IMG/VR virus record: IMGVR_UViG_3300035521_000139
Location: 1-64,000 of that record
Source of the DNA: a virus
Taxonomy: Duplodnaviria > Caudoviricetes
Reading direction: 5' to 3' (one strand)
Length of the DNA stretch: 64,000 bases
Shown here: piece after piece, positions 47,643 to 55,535 of the stretch
Layout of the letters: each line of letters starts with the position of its first letter
Numbering within the stretch: position 1 is the stretch's first letter
Position numbers and translations under genes: made by a program
The notes under the pieces: generated by a model
What the model was told of the DNA's origin: nothing
The model's database searches: none
What the model saw: only the letters and a program-made list of their open reading frames with translations

Positions 47643-47667
47643 AAGGGGCCTTCGTGCCCCTTTTTTT
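47643..47667 (+). terminator. Intrinsic terminator
   Basis: AAGGGGC-CTTCGT-GCCCCTT plus T-run. Confidence 0.85.
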
Positions 47668-47775
47668 ATTGGTTTGCTATTCATAGAAATAGAATATTAA
47701 TAACACTATCTACTGAACATTGTGCAGGCGATTTGCTTGCACTTTGTTCATTTAGATAATCAAATACACTATATT

Positions 47776-48198
47776 ATGATCAAGTATTTATATAATATAA
47801 AGTCTTTTAGAGCTGTAGTTGGCGATAAAATAGCTAACAAACTCGAGGAATTGCTCTATATTGATTGCAAATATCCTAAGAATGCCGAAATACTCTATTC
47901 ATTGAAAGCATGGTCTCATGATTATGAGTGGATTGGCAATAGATGTCATAAAAGATATGCTACTTACACCAATGAGTCTTATAACAAAGACTTCTTACTG
48001 GAGGATGCTATCTTAAACATCGAGGATAAAGGCAATCATTGGACTATTGAAATATATGAAATAATGATTTATCATTTCATATTCAAAGGCCAAGAGTATT
48101 GCCTTCAATTGCAACCTGAGTGCAATGATTATAATCGCTATCAGATTGATTTAATCAATCAAAAGATAGTCAATAATAATCCATTGCATCCTTGGTAA
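47776..48198 (+). CDS. Hypothetical early protein
   Basis: Likely ATG start MIKYLY within track ORF 47722..48198. Confidence 0.55.
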   Translation: MIKYLYNIKSFRAVVGDKIANKLEELLYIDCKYPKNAEILYSLKAWSHDYEWIGNRCHKRYATYTNESYNKDFLLEDAILNIEDKGNHWTIEIYEIMIYHFIFKGQEYCLQLQPECNDYNRYQIDLINQKIVNNNPLHPW

Positions 48199-48271
48199 TC
48201 AAGGCACCTGAGCATGTGTATAAACTGCTCAAATTTTCTTTTATATAACTCAAAACATAAACTTAAAAATT

Positions 48272-48604
48272 ATGGAAATGTATAGAATTAAAACACTTAA
48301 ATCAGAGTGTGCCATAGCTAGCATTGAAGTTAGCAATGAAACCCTAATAAGAATGGGTAGTGAATGCTTTAACATGGAAGCTTTTGAGCTAATAGCATCA
48401 ACATTTGCTAGTAAAGGCTTTTCATGTGATAAAGATCGCTATATTAAAGCAGTTACCAAGGTTATAGATAACTATGAAATCATTACTAAATCACCTGATT
48501 ATAAAGTATCAGTATCTCGGTACTACAATGCTGAAGGTAGAACTGCAAAATATGTATTCACTCTCATTAAAGTAGAGCTTAATACTGTGATGGATCTTAT
48601 CTAA
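48272..48604 (+). CDS. Hypothetical early protein
   Basis: 110 aa, A-rich initiation region. Confidence 0.65.
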   Translation: MEMYRIKTLKSECAIASIEVSNETLIRMGSECFNMEAFELIASTFASKGFSCDKDRYIKAVTKVIDNYEIITKSPDYKVSVSRYYNAEGRTAKYVFTLIKVELNTVMDLI

Positions 48605-48611
48605 GATAATA

Positions 48612-48650
48612 AATGACTGGGGATGAAATACTCCCTGGTCTTTTGTTTTA
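48612..48650 (+). terminator. Intrinsic terminator
   Basis: GACTGGGGA...TCCCTGGTC plus TTTT. Confidence 0.6.
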
Positions 48651-48667
48651 CTTCTAATAATAATACA

Positions 48668-48904
48668 ATGAGACCTAGATTTAAAGTTAATAGACTTTGT
48701 AGTTCAGATAATTATGAGCTGTCCAAGAAAATACATAGAGAAGATATAGTTAAATCTCATAATGAAAATCAAGCTATTATTAATGAGATTATTACTACCA
48801 CTCATGTAAAGCAAGCTTATATTTCAGTATTTGGTAAATTAATGCCTATAACTGAAGAAGAGGTTATCAAGATACAAAATTCATACACAATAATATACAA
48901 ATAA
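48668..48904 (+). CDS. Hypothetical early protein
   Basis: Start MRPRF after the terminator (the track start lies inside the hairpin). Confidence 0.55.
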   Translation: MRPRFKVNRLCSSDNYELSKKIHREDIVKSHNENQAIINEIITTTHVKQAYISVFGKLMPITEEEVIKIQNSYTIIYK

Positions 48905-48906
48905 TC

Positions 48907-49242
48907 ATGAAGAAGTTTACAGTACATTCAACCTACAGAGATGAAGCAATATTTCAGGTTAATATTACTCCTGAATCATTTAGAATCATTAGAGATTCTC
49001 AGAATTCTACTATCTTTAAACAGATAGAAGCAATGGCTAGAGATAATGGTTTTAAGAAAATTACAGCACATGATATAGAGAATCTCTTTTATAAATCTTT
49101 TAGGGGATTTAAAAACATTGTAGATGGTGAAGAAAAATTAAATATCACTATTACTGCTAAAGCTGGAGATAACACTGTAGGTATGAGATTCACTTTCATT
49201 AAAGTAGTAGAAGATGTATTCATAGATGAGGAGGAAGATTAA
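48907..49242 (+). CDS. Hypothetical early protein
   Basis: 111 aa, weak similarity to 48272..48604. Confidence 0.65.
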   Translation: MKKFTVHSTYRDEAIFQVNITPESFRIIRDSQNSTIFKQIEAMARDNGFKKITAHDIENLFYKSFRGFKNIVDGEEKLNITITAKAGDNTVGMRFTFIKVVEDVFIDEEED

Positions 49243-49243
49243 A

Positions 49244-49489
49244 ATGAAGAAGTTATTCGTTAAAGGAGTACTGTTCTGGGCAACAGTACTCCAAGTTATG
49301 TCTTTTATATCTACATTAGATTTCTTGACAATAGACATTCAGGGTTTTATAGCATTCTTATACTATGCAGCTACTACAGTACTATTAATTATTGCCTGCA
49401 AAAGAGTATTATCATATAATGATATTAGAAAAATATCAGGATATAATATACTTGAGAAATGGTTAAATAAGTATTTGCAAGAAAAATAG
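49244..49489 (+). CDS. Two-TM membrane protein
   Basis: MKKLFVKGVLFW..., two hydrophobic helices. Confidence 0.6.
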   Translation: MKKLFVKGVLFWATVLQVMSFISTLDFLTIDIQGFIAFLYYAATTVLLIIACKRVLSYNDIRKISGYNILEKWLNKYLQEK

Positions 49490-49669
49490 CTACATGTTTA
49501 TATTTTATTTGTTTGGACTCCCCATATTCTTAATAATTATGGGGAGTTTTATTCATTTAGATAAAGATGCTACATCAAATAATATAGGATGTGCTATGTA
49601 TTTAGCTGCTTTCATTACTTTAATATTAATAGCATTGATTGGTTGTTTATCTTAAAATAAATACAAGTT

Positions 49670-49843
49670 ATGTTCACCTTCTTTTGTTTAGTAATGTTAT
49701 TTATACCTATAACCATGATATATTATGCTTGGAAACATAGACATAATATTGAATCAGATGTTATTTGGTTTTTTATAATAACAATTTCATCAAACATAGT
49801 TTTATTAATCACATTATTAATTGCAAATTATCTAAATAAATAA
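49670..49843 (+). CDS. 57-aa two-TM membrane protein
   Basis: Hand-translated MFTFFCLVMLFIPITMIYYAW... Confidence 0.5.
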   Translation: MFTFFCLVMLFIPITMIYYAWKHRHNIESDVIWFFIITISSNIVLLITLLIANYLNK

Positions 49844-49845
49844 TT

Positions 49846-50124
49846 ATGAAAAAGTTTATTGTAGGCATTCTCTTAGCCTTTTTCTGTATTGCATCTAAGG
49901 CAGAAATAAAGAGAGAAGGCAATGTATTCAAAGTAGAAAATACTGAATCACAAGATACAAAAACATCTTTCTTTTGGGAAGATAAGGATAATAATCAATA
50001 TCCTATATATATCACAAAGAAAGGAGCTTGTTATGTTTTAAAGACATCAAAGAAAACAGGAAAACAGTATAAATATTATTTACCTGAACAAGTAAAAATC
50101 GTGATTCAAAAGAATATAGATTAA
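49846..50124 (+). CDS. Small secreted protein
   Basis: Signal peptide MKKFIVGILLAFFCIASKA; SKKTGKQYKYYL motif. Confidence 0.65.
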   Translation: MKKFIVGILLAFFCIASKAEIKREGNVFKVENTESQDTKTSFFWEDKDNNQYPIYITKKGACYVLKTSKKTGKQYKYYLPEQVKIVIQKNID

Positions 50125-50268
50125 GCACCTCATAATATCAACAAATTGCTGTTTTACTAATTTCCAGCTAAGGTGAAAATCCACAATTAAATAAATAGCG
50201 TTATAGGTTCGAGAATACCTTTTGGCTGATAGGAATAGACTATCAACTTTTTATTAAATATTATAACT

Positions 50269-50469
50269 ATGAACGAAAGACAAATTGATGGTATCAATAA
50301 AATAATGGACTTTTTAAATTCAAGTGAATTCAAACTTCCTTATAATCTAGAGGAATTAGTAAAGAACTGCAATAGAAAAATCCACATGCTTGAATTTCGT
50401 AGAGTTGATGATGAAATAATAAAGCACTTTACAGAAATCTGCGAAAAAGAGTGTAATAAATATATTTAA
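50269..50469 (+). CDS. Hypothetical early protein
   Basis: 66-aa ORF. Confidence 0.55.
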   Translation: MNERQIDGINKIMDFLNSSEFKLPYNLEELVKNCNRKIHMLEFRRVDDEIIKHFTEICEKECNKYI

Positions 50470-50478
50470 TAACTAATA

Positions 50479-50563
50479 GGTGAAATGATGGAATTGGTAG
50501 ACATGCAACTCTTAAACAGTTGTGAGCAGTTAGCTCGTGTGGGTTCAAATCCCACTTTCACTA
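50479..50563 (+). tRNA. tRNA-Leu(TAA), second copy
   Basis: GGTGAAA/TTTCACT acceptor, CAACT-CTTAAAC-AGTTG anticodon arm, variable arm GAGC-AGTTA-GCTC, GGTTCAAATCC. Confidence 0.9.
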
Positions 50564-50581
50564 CAATAAAATATTACTATT

Positions 50582-50827
50582 ATGAATTTTTATGAAGAAT
50601 GGCTATGTGGTTCAGAAGATATGATCCTAGCTGAAAAAGAAAGTGAGCAAGACTTATATGAAAATAATCTTTGGGAAACTAGAGATGGTTCTATAATATC
50701 TATTGCTAGTATGACTACTACTCATATCAAAAATTGCATTAGAATGATTTATAAAGCTAATGGCAATTGGAGACCTGAATATCTTAGACTCTTTGAAAAA
50801 GAGTTAAGAAAAAGAAAATATGACTAA
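50582..50827 (+). CDS. Hypothetical phage protein
   Basis: WETRDG...I..MTTTHIKNCI motif. Confidence 0.65.
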   Translation: MNFYEEWLCGSEDMILAEKESEQDLYENNLWETRDGSIISIASMTTTHIKNCIRMIYKANGNWRPEYLRLFEKELRKRKYD

Positions 50828-50948
50828 TAATTTTTTCATGGTTATATATTTAAATTTTTAAGTTAGTGTTTGTTGTTTATGTCACAGAGGAAACTGATTG
50901 TGAAATTCGTTTCCTCTTTTATTTTGATTATTATTTAATATTATATAT

Positions 50949-51218
50949 ATGAAAGCAGAAATAGAGTGGATTAGCATTGAAGATAAATTACCTGAATTAA
51001 ATGGTAAAGAATGTGTTAGAGTGCTAGTTCTAGAAGATTTATCTAAGAAAGTTAAATTTGTAAAGCATTATTATATAAATGAAGCTCTATATTTAGAAGG
51101 TGAATATCCTTTTGATGGCTTTTTTATAAATGGAAATGTAAGTCACGAAGTTAAATATTGGGCTTATCTACCAGATATGCCAGAATTTATTCCTTATAAC
51201 AATGAAGAAGAATTATAA
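50949..51218 (+). CDS. DUF551-like protein
   Basis: WISIEDKLPE...VLV...VKYWAYLP. Confidence 0.7.
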   Translation: MKAEIEWISIEDKLPELNGKECVRVLVLEDLSKKVKFVKHYYINEALYLEGEYPFDGFFINGNVSHEVKYWAYLPDMPEFIPYNNEEEL

Positions 51219-51446
51219 AGTTTTAGACTCTGAAAATAATATTCTTAGAGTATTCACTACCTATGAGCAAGCTATGACATATAAAATAGCTATGAATAGG
51301 TTTGATTGGATTATTAAATAAAATATCCTACATAATCATAAAAAATAAGATTTGGTTTTGAATTAGTGTATTTGTAAGACTAGGGAGTAACTCTGTGAAG
51401 AGTGAAACCTTTTTATTGATTATTTAATTTATTAATAGTATATAAT

Positions 51447-51725
51447 ATGGCAAAATTAATTATTCATCCTAAAGGATTTAAAATTGTAAAATTTTCTCAA
51501 GAAGAAGGAAATAAATTGAATTGGGGAACTCCTCAAGGATTTATTTGTATGCAGTGTAATAATTATATTGAAGGTGATCTTTATTATATAGCAGCTTTAC
51601 ATGATGTAATGGATGAAAACTGTTGTAATAATTATCTTAAAAAAGCCAATTACTATGCTGAAGATGCTGAATATGAAGATAATATTATTGAAAATCTTAA
51701 AAAATTAATAGATATAGAAGAATGA
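51447..51725 (+). CDS. Zn-finger-like hypothetical protein
   Basis: ICMQCN...YYIAAL...CC. Confidence 0.6.
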   Translation: MAKLIIHPKGFKIVKFSQEEGNKLNWGTPQGFICMQCNNYIEGDLYYIAALHDVMDENCCNNYLKKANYYAEDAEYEDNIIENLKKLIDIEE

Positions 51726-51964
51726 TACTGGAATACACTGAAGGACATTATAATTATAGTATAGATAATAAAGACTATAATGATTATAGCAATGATGAAA
51801 TAGCTGAAATACTAAAAAAGCTAATAGATAAATATAAAAATGAAGATCCTGCTCTTCTTCAAAGATTATTTGAAATAATATTAGTATATGAAGGAGAAAT
51901 GGAAAATCTAGGACAATGTGATTCTTGTGGAGAATTTATAGATAATTATAAAATTGAATTATGA
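51722..51964 (+). CDS. Hypothetical protein
   Basis: 80 aa, CDSCG motif. Confidence 0.6.
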   Translation: MILEYTEGHYNYSIDNKDYNDYSNDEIAEILKKLIDKYKNEDPALLQRLFEIILVYEGEMENLGQCDSCGEFIDNYKIEL

Positions 51965-52248
51965 TTGATATTAAAATTAATCTTAGTATTGTTCTACCAG
52001 GTAGAATAAAACTAAGTAAGCAGGAGTGCTTAGAAAACCCAAAAAACAAGTATAAAACTGCAAAACAATCCCTCAATATTAGTAAAGAGGGTTATCTTAG
52101 CATGATTTCTAATAAAGAAATACCTTACTGGAGCAATGCTAAGAATTGGAGTAGATTGAATACAAAAGAAAGATTGGAGCAACATCTACAAAAGATTTGT
52201 GAAAGTCTTGGAGGTATTACATACTCCTATAAAATATTTGATGAGTAA
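51961..52248 (+). CDS. Conserved crAss hypothetical protein
   Basis: IKINLSIVLPG...ERLEQHL...SYKIFDE. Confidence 0.6.
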   Translation: MIDIKINLSIVLPGRIKLSKQECLENPKNKYKTAKQSLNISKEGYLSMISNKEIPYWSNAKNWSRLNTKERLEQHLQKICESLGGITYSYKIFDE

Positions 52249-52426
52249 CGTCAAAATGTTTCATACTTAAAGTTATATGCTTAGAATCTAAAAGCAGCCT
52301 ACGTGAGTATCCTGCTTTTTAATTAGACATGCCATTTTATTTTATATAAGTTATTTTTGTTTTTACTCCTATTGGAACCTACACACTCCAATAGGAGTTT
52401 TTATAAACCTTTTAAATTTTAACATT

Positions 52427-52672
52427 ATGAATCGTGGTATTATAGTATTATTTGTAATATGTATTGTTCTTGTAATATATATTAATCATTTAGAGAATAA
52501 AATAACTAAATTTGAAAACTATTACTCAAGGGTAGAAGCACTTCTTGATAGTATTAATAGTGTTTGTGATGATTTTGGTGATAATGTTTTAGAAGAAGAT
52601 TATTACTATGATTATGAGAAAGCTAGAGAAGAAGCTGAGAAAATAGATAATGTAAAAATAAACAGAAAATAA
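52427..52672 (+). CDS. Membrane-anchored hypothetical protein
   Basis: N-terminal TM helix. Confidence 0.6.
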   Translation: MNRGIIVLFVICIVLVIYINHLENKITKFENYYSRVEALLDSINSVCDDFGDNVLEEDYYYDYEKAREEAEKIDNVKINRK

Positions 52673-52764
52673 ATGAATATTAATAATAAGGTAAAAAGAT
52701 ATGTTATTGTAGCTTCATGCTATTATAAAGATAATAAAATAACATTAAAAATATATTAAAGAAA

Positions 52765-53127
52765 ATGAAAGCAAATATAATTACATTTATAGCAATTAGA
52801 GATAATGGAGAGTCTCAAATTATTTATGATGAAGAAAATAATAGAGTTTTATATTCAGTAAGAGATTTAGCAGAAACTCCAGAAGATGCTTATATTACTA
52901 GAGAAATTCCAAGTGCTTGTGAAGTTGTTGATGTAGTTAAACATATATTAGAACTATCCAGAACTTTTGAAATAAATTTTATTGATATAAGTGCTTATAC
53001 TCTTATTGGTAAATGGGAAGAAGAAAATAATATGGAGTGTCCTAAAGATGTAAAAGCAGAATTTCGAGATATGTGTGCTTATGAATTATTACAGTATTAT
53101 AAAGAACATTATGAATATATCATTTAA
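52765..53127 (+). CDS. Hypothetical protein
   Basis: 120 aa, DLAETPEDA motif. Confidence 0.6.
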   Translation: MKANIITFIAIRDNGESQIIYDEENNRVLYSVRDLAETPEDAYITREIPSACEVVDVVKHILELSRTFEINFIDISAYTLIGKWEEENNMECPKDVKAEFRDMCAYELLQYYKEHYEYII

Positions 53128-53207
53128 ACAAAAAGAAGATAAATATATTCTTCAATTTAATAGAATAATAGAAGATTCTAATTATTTTAAAGATGATACT
53201 CCTATAG

Positions 53208-53435
53208 GTGAAAATACTGCTAGTTGGTATGAAATTATATATAATAAAAATAGAAGAATCTGACCATATATGGATAAGCAGAGACTATAAAGCTTCTATA
53301 GAAAAAGCATTTCAAATATTTGTAAATAAAGATAATGCAATAGCTGAATGTAATAAAATGAATGAAACAGAAAGAAATTTATATGGAGCTATACAAGAGA
53401 TGTATGAAGTTATGGAAATAGAAACATTAGATTAA
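53208..53435 (+). CDS. Hypothetical protein
   Basis: ORF track; start uncertain. Confidence 0.45.
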   Translation: MKILLVGMKLYIIKIEESDHIWISRDYKASIEKAFQIFVNKDNAIAECNKMNETERNLYGAIQEMYEVMEIETLD

Positions 53436-53455
53436 TCATAAATTATAAAATAAGA

Positions 53456-53773
53456 ATGTTTAATTTTAAGAAAGACATAATAATATTTGAATTATCATTA
53501 ACTGCTATAGATAGAAAAAATTCTATTCCAAAATATATTAAAGAATTACAAGAAAATGGATTTGATATTATTAAACATGATACAGAATATTATATTAAAA
53601 TAACTTCTTTAAAAGATATAAAGAATTTACAAATCTATACTAAAAGTAAAATAAGAATATATTTAAATGGAGATCGTAATGCTCTAGAAATAGTTAAAAT
53701 GATAGATTATGATGAAGTTCGTGATTTATATTCAATAAATAAAGAAAAACTTAATTATGAGTTTCCTATATAA
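53456..53773 (+). CDS. Hypothetical protein
   Basis: 105-aa ORF. Confidence 0.55.
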   Translation: MFNFKKDIIIFELSLTAIDRKNSIPKYIKELQENGFDIIKHDTEYYIKITSLKDIKNLQIYTKSKIRIYLNGDRNALEIVKMIDYDEVRDLYSINKEKLNYEFPI

Positions 53774-53963
53774 TTATCAAAAAAGAATTAAAAATCTAGA
53801 AGATTTAAAAGATGTAACTGAAGATAATCTTTTAGAAAGAGTAAAAGAATTACAAGAACATATTATATGTTTAGAAAAGGAAATTGATGAGTTAGAAGAA
53901 AAAATAACTGACCATGACCTTGACATACAAGCATTAAAAGACCATGTTATTCATTTAATATAA
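53757..53963 (+). CDS. Coiled-coil hypothetical protein
   Basis: Heptad pattern. Confidence 0.55.
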   Translation: MSFLYNYQKRIKNLEDLKDVTEDNLLERVKELQEHIICLEKEIDELEEKITDHDLDIQALKDHVIHLI

Positions 53964-53968
53964 ATAAA

Positions 53969-54271
53969 ATGGACAAAAAAAGAACCTTATTAAAAGAAGC
54001 TCTTTTAGATAAGTATAATTATGATAGAGCTGAAAAAATAGCTTTTATTCATGGGTGGAATCTTGCAAATGCAAATCCAGACTGGAGAGATGCAAAAGAA
54101 GATCCTCCACAAGATAGTGGTACATATTTAGTATATGATGGAACATTTCAACACATAGGATTTTATTATGAAGCATGTAACCAATGGTGGAATGATGATG
54201 ATGGCGATAATGAGCCTATAAATGCTATGTTATGGATGCCTTTACCAAGAATAAATTTAATTCAAAAATAA
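53969..54271 (+). CDS. DUF551-like protein
   Basis: WRDAKEDPP...YLV...WMPLP. Confidence 0.65.
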   Translation: MDKKRTLLKEALLDKYNYDRAEKIAFIHGWNLANANPDWRDAKEDPPQDSGTYLVYDGTFQHIGFYYEACNQWWNDDDGDNEPINAMLWMPLPRINLIQK

Positions 54272-54828
54272 ATAATAATATGAATATAGAATTATATAAA
54301 ACTGATAATGGCGTTGCTATTATTAGTAATCTTTGTAATTTTATAGTGAGTTTACAAGATATAATGTTATCTGATATAATAATATATCAAACTAATTTAA
54401 GGGATAGAAGAAATTGCAATACAGAAGTAGAAGCACTATTTGATTATAATGGAAAAGATAATACTGAAAAAATGTTGTGTAGTAAAGTAGCCAATTTGAA
54501 AGAAGGAGAATATATACCTACTTTAGGACAACTTGCTATAATGTATAAAGTAAAAGATGAATTAAATTTTTTATTAGAAGAATGTGGAGGTAAAAAAATA
54601 GATGATAGTTATACGTCATATTATTATAGTTCAAGCAGATACAAGGACTCTAGAAATTGGCATATAAATTTTAATAGAGGATTTATGGTAGATATTGAAG
54701 AAGATTGTAATATGGCAAATATAGTACGTCCAGTGCGAGATTTAAAAATTAAAAATAGTGATAACCCATTATCAAAAATATTAAGAAAATTAGGACTGTT
54801 AGACCCAATGACTAAATATTATGAGTGA
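54232..54828 (+). CDS. DUF1566/Lcl-like (C-type-lectin-like) protein
   Basis: YIPTLGQL...YYYSSS...W.INF..G...VRPVR; true start probably MNIEL. Confidence 0.6.
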   Translation: MDAFTKNKFNSKINNNMNIELYKTDNGVAIISNLCNFIVSLQDIMLSDIIIYQTNLRDRRNCNTEVEALFDYNGKDNTEKMLCSKVANLKEGEYIPTLGQLAIMYKVKDELNFLLEECGGKKIDDSYTSYYYSSSRYKDSRNWHINFNRGFMVDIEEDCNMANIVRPVRDLKIKNSDNPLSKILRKLGLLDPMTKYYE

Positions 54829-54867
54829 TTTATTACTAGCAATAAAAGAATTAATTGATAAACATCA

Positions 54868-55185
54868 ATGATACAGACAATAGAAACTATTATTAAAAGA
54901 CTTACTAATAATCCTGTTAAATACTGGGCAAGAGTTACAGATTTATCTGTTTATTCTAAATGTGTTGAATTTAATTACCCTATTCGTGTAAAAATAACTT
55001 TAGAAATAATAAGCACTCCTATAGATAAGTTTAAATTAGATATTGAAACTGAGCATCTTCAACCTATAAATATGCTTATTAATAAAAAAGATGGTTTGCA
55101 TATGAGGTTTTTAATTGATGAATTAAAAAAGGCTTGTATCAAAGAAACTAGAAATTATTTAAAGAATATAATACTTAGTTTATGA
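54868..55185 (+). CDS. Hypothetical protein
   Basis: 105-aa ORF. Confidence 0.55.
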   Translation: MIQTIETIIKRLTNNPVKYWARVTDLSVYSKCVEFNYPIRVKITLEIISTPIDKFKLDIETEHLQPINMLINKKDGLHMRFLIDELKKACIKETRNYLKNIILSL

Positions 55186-55535
55186 ATGATTTATTATTAG
55201 CAATAATAGTAGGGATTTTATATTTAATATTAATTATGAGTATATCAAAGTTAAGAGAAGTACTTACTGAAAAATGGAGTAAAGATACTCCTTCAGAAGA
55301 TGAACAATATTCATTTATCTATATATTAGATTATAGTGTTCCCGCTATTTATGAAATAGAGATTAATGAAGAGAACTATAAAGATCTAGATGATTTAAAA
55401 ACTATTGAAGATATTTTGAAAAGATATAAAATAAAAGAATCACAGTGTAGTTATATGTTCTCTCAAGAAAGATTAAGTTTACATTATATCAATGATAAAA
55501 TAAATGATAAACTAAATGAGTTGGATAAAAAATAA
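55182..55535 (+). CDS. Membrane-anchored hypothetical protein
   Basis: N-terminal TM helix. Confidence 0.55.
   Translation: MNDLLLAIIVGILYLILIMSISKLREVLTEKWSKDTPSEDEQYSFIYILDYSVPAIYEIEINEENYKDLDDLKTIEDILKRYKIKESQCSYMFSQERLSLHYINDKINDKLNELDKK

Noticed and set aside
44800-50580. Theta (HDV-like) ribozymes in tRNA 3' trailers
   Set aside because: The trailers are AT-rich or run into ORFs, and I could not fit the nested double pseudoknot.
49490-52402. CRISPR mini-array interpretation of the repeated intergenic units
   Set aside because: There are no identical direct repeats; only the architecture is shared, and no cas genes are present.
29476-54828. Diversity-generating retroelement acting on the 551-aa fibre or the DUF1566-like gene
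   Set aside because: No reverse transcriptase and no template/variable repeat pair seen in the window; an element elsewhere in the genome cannot be excluded.
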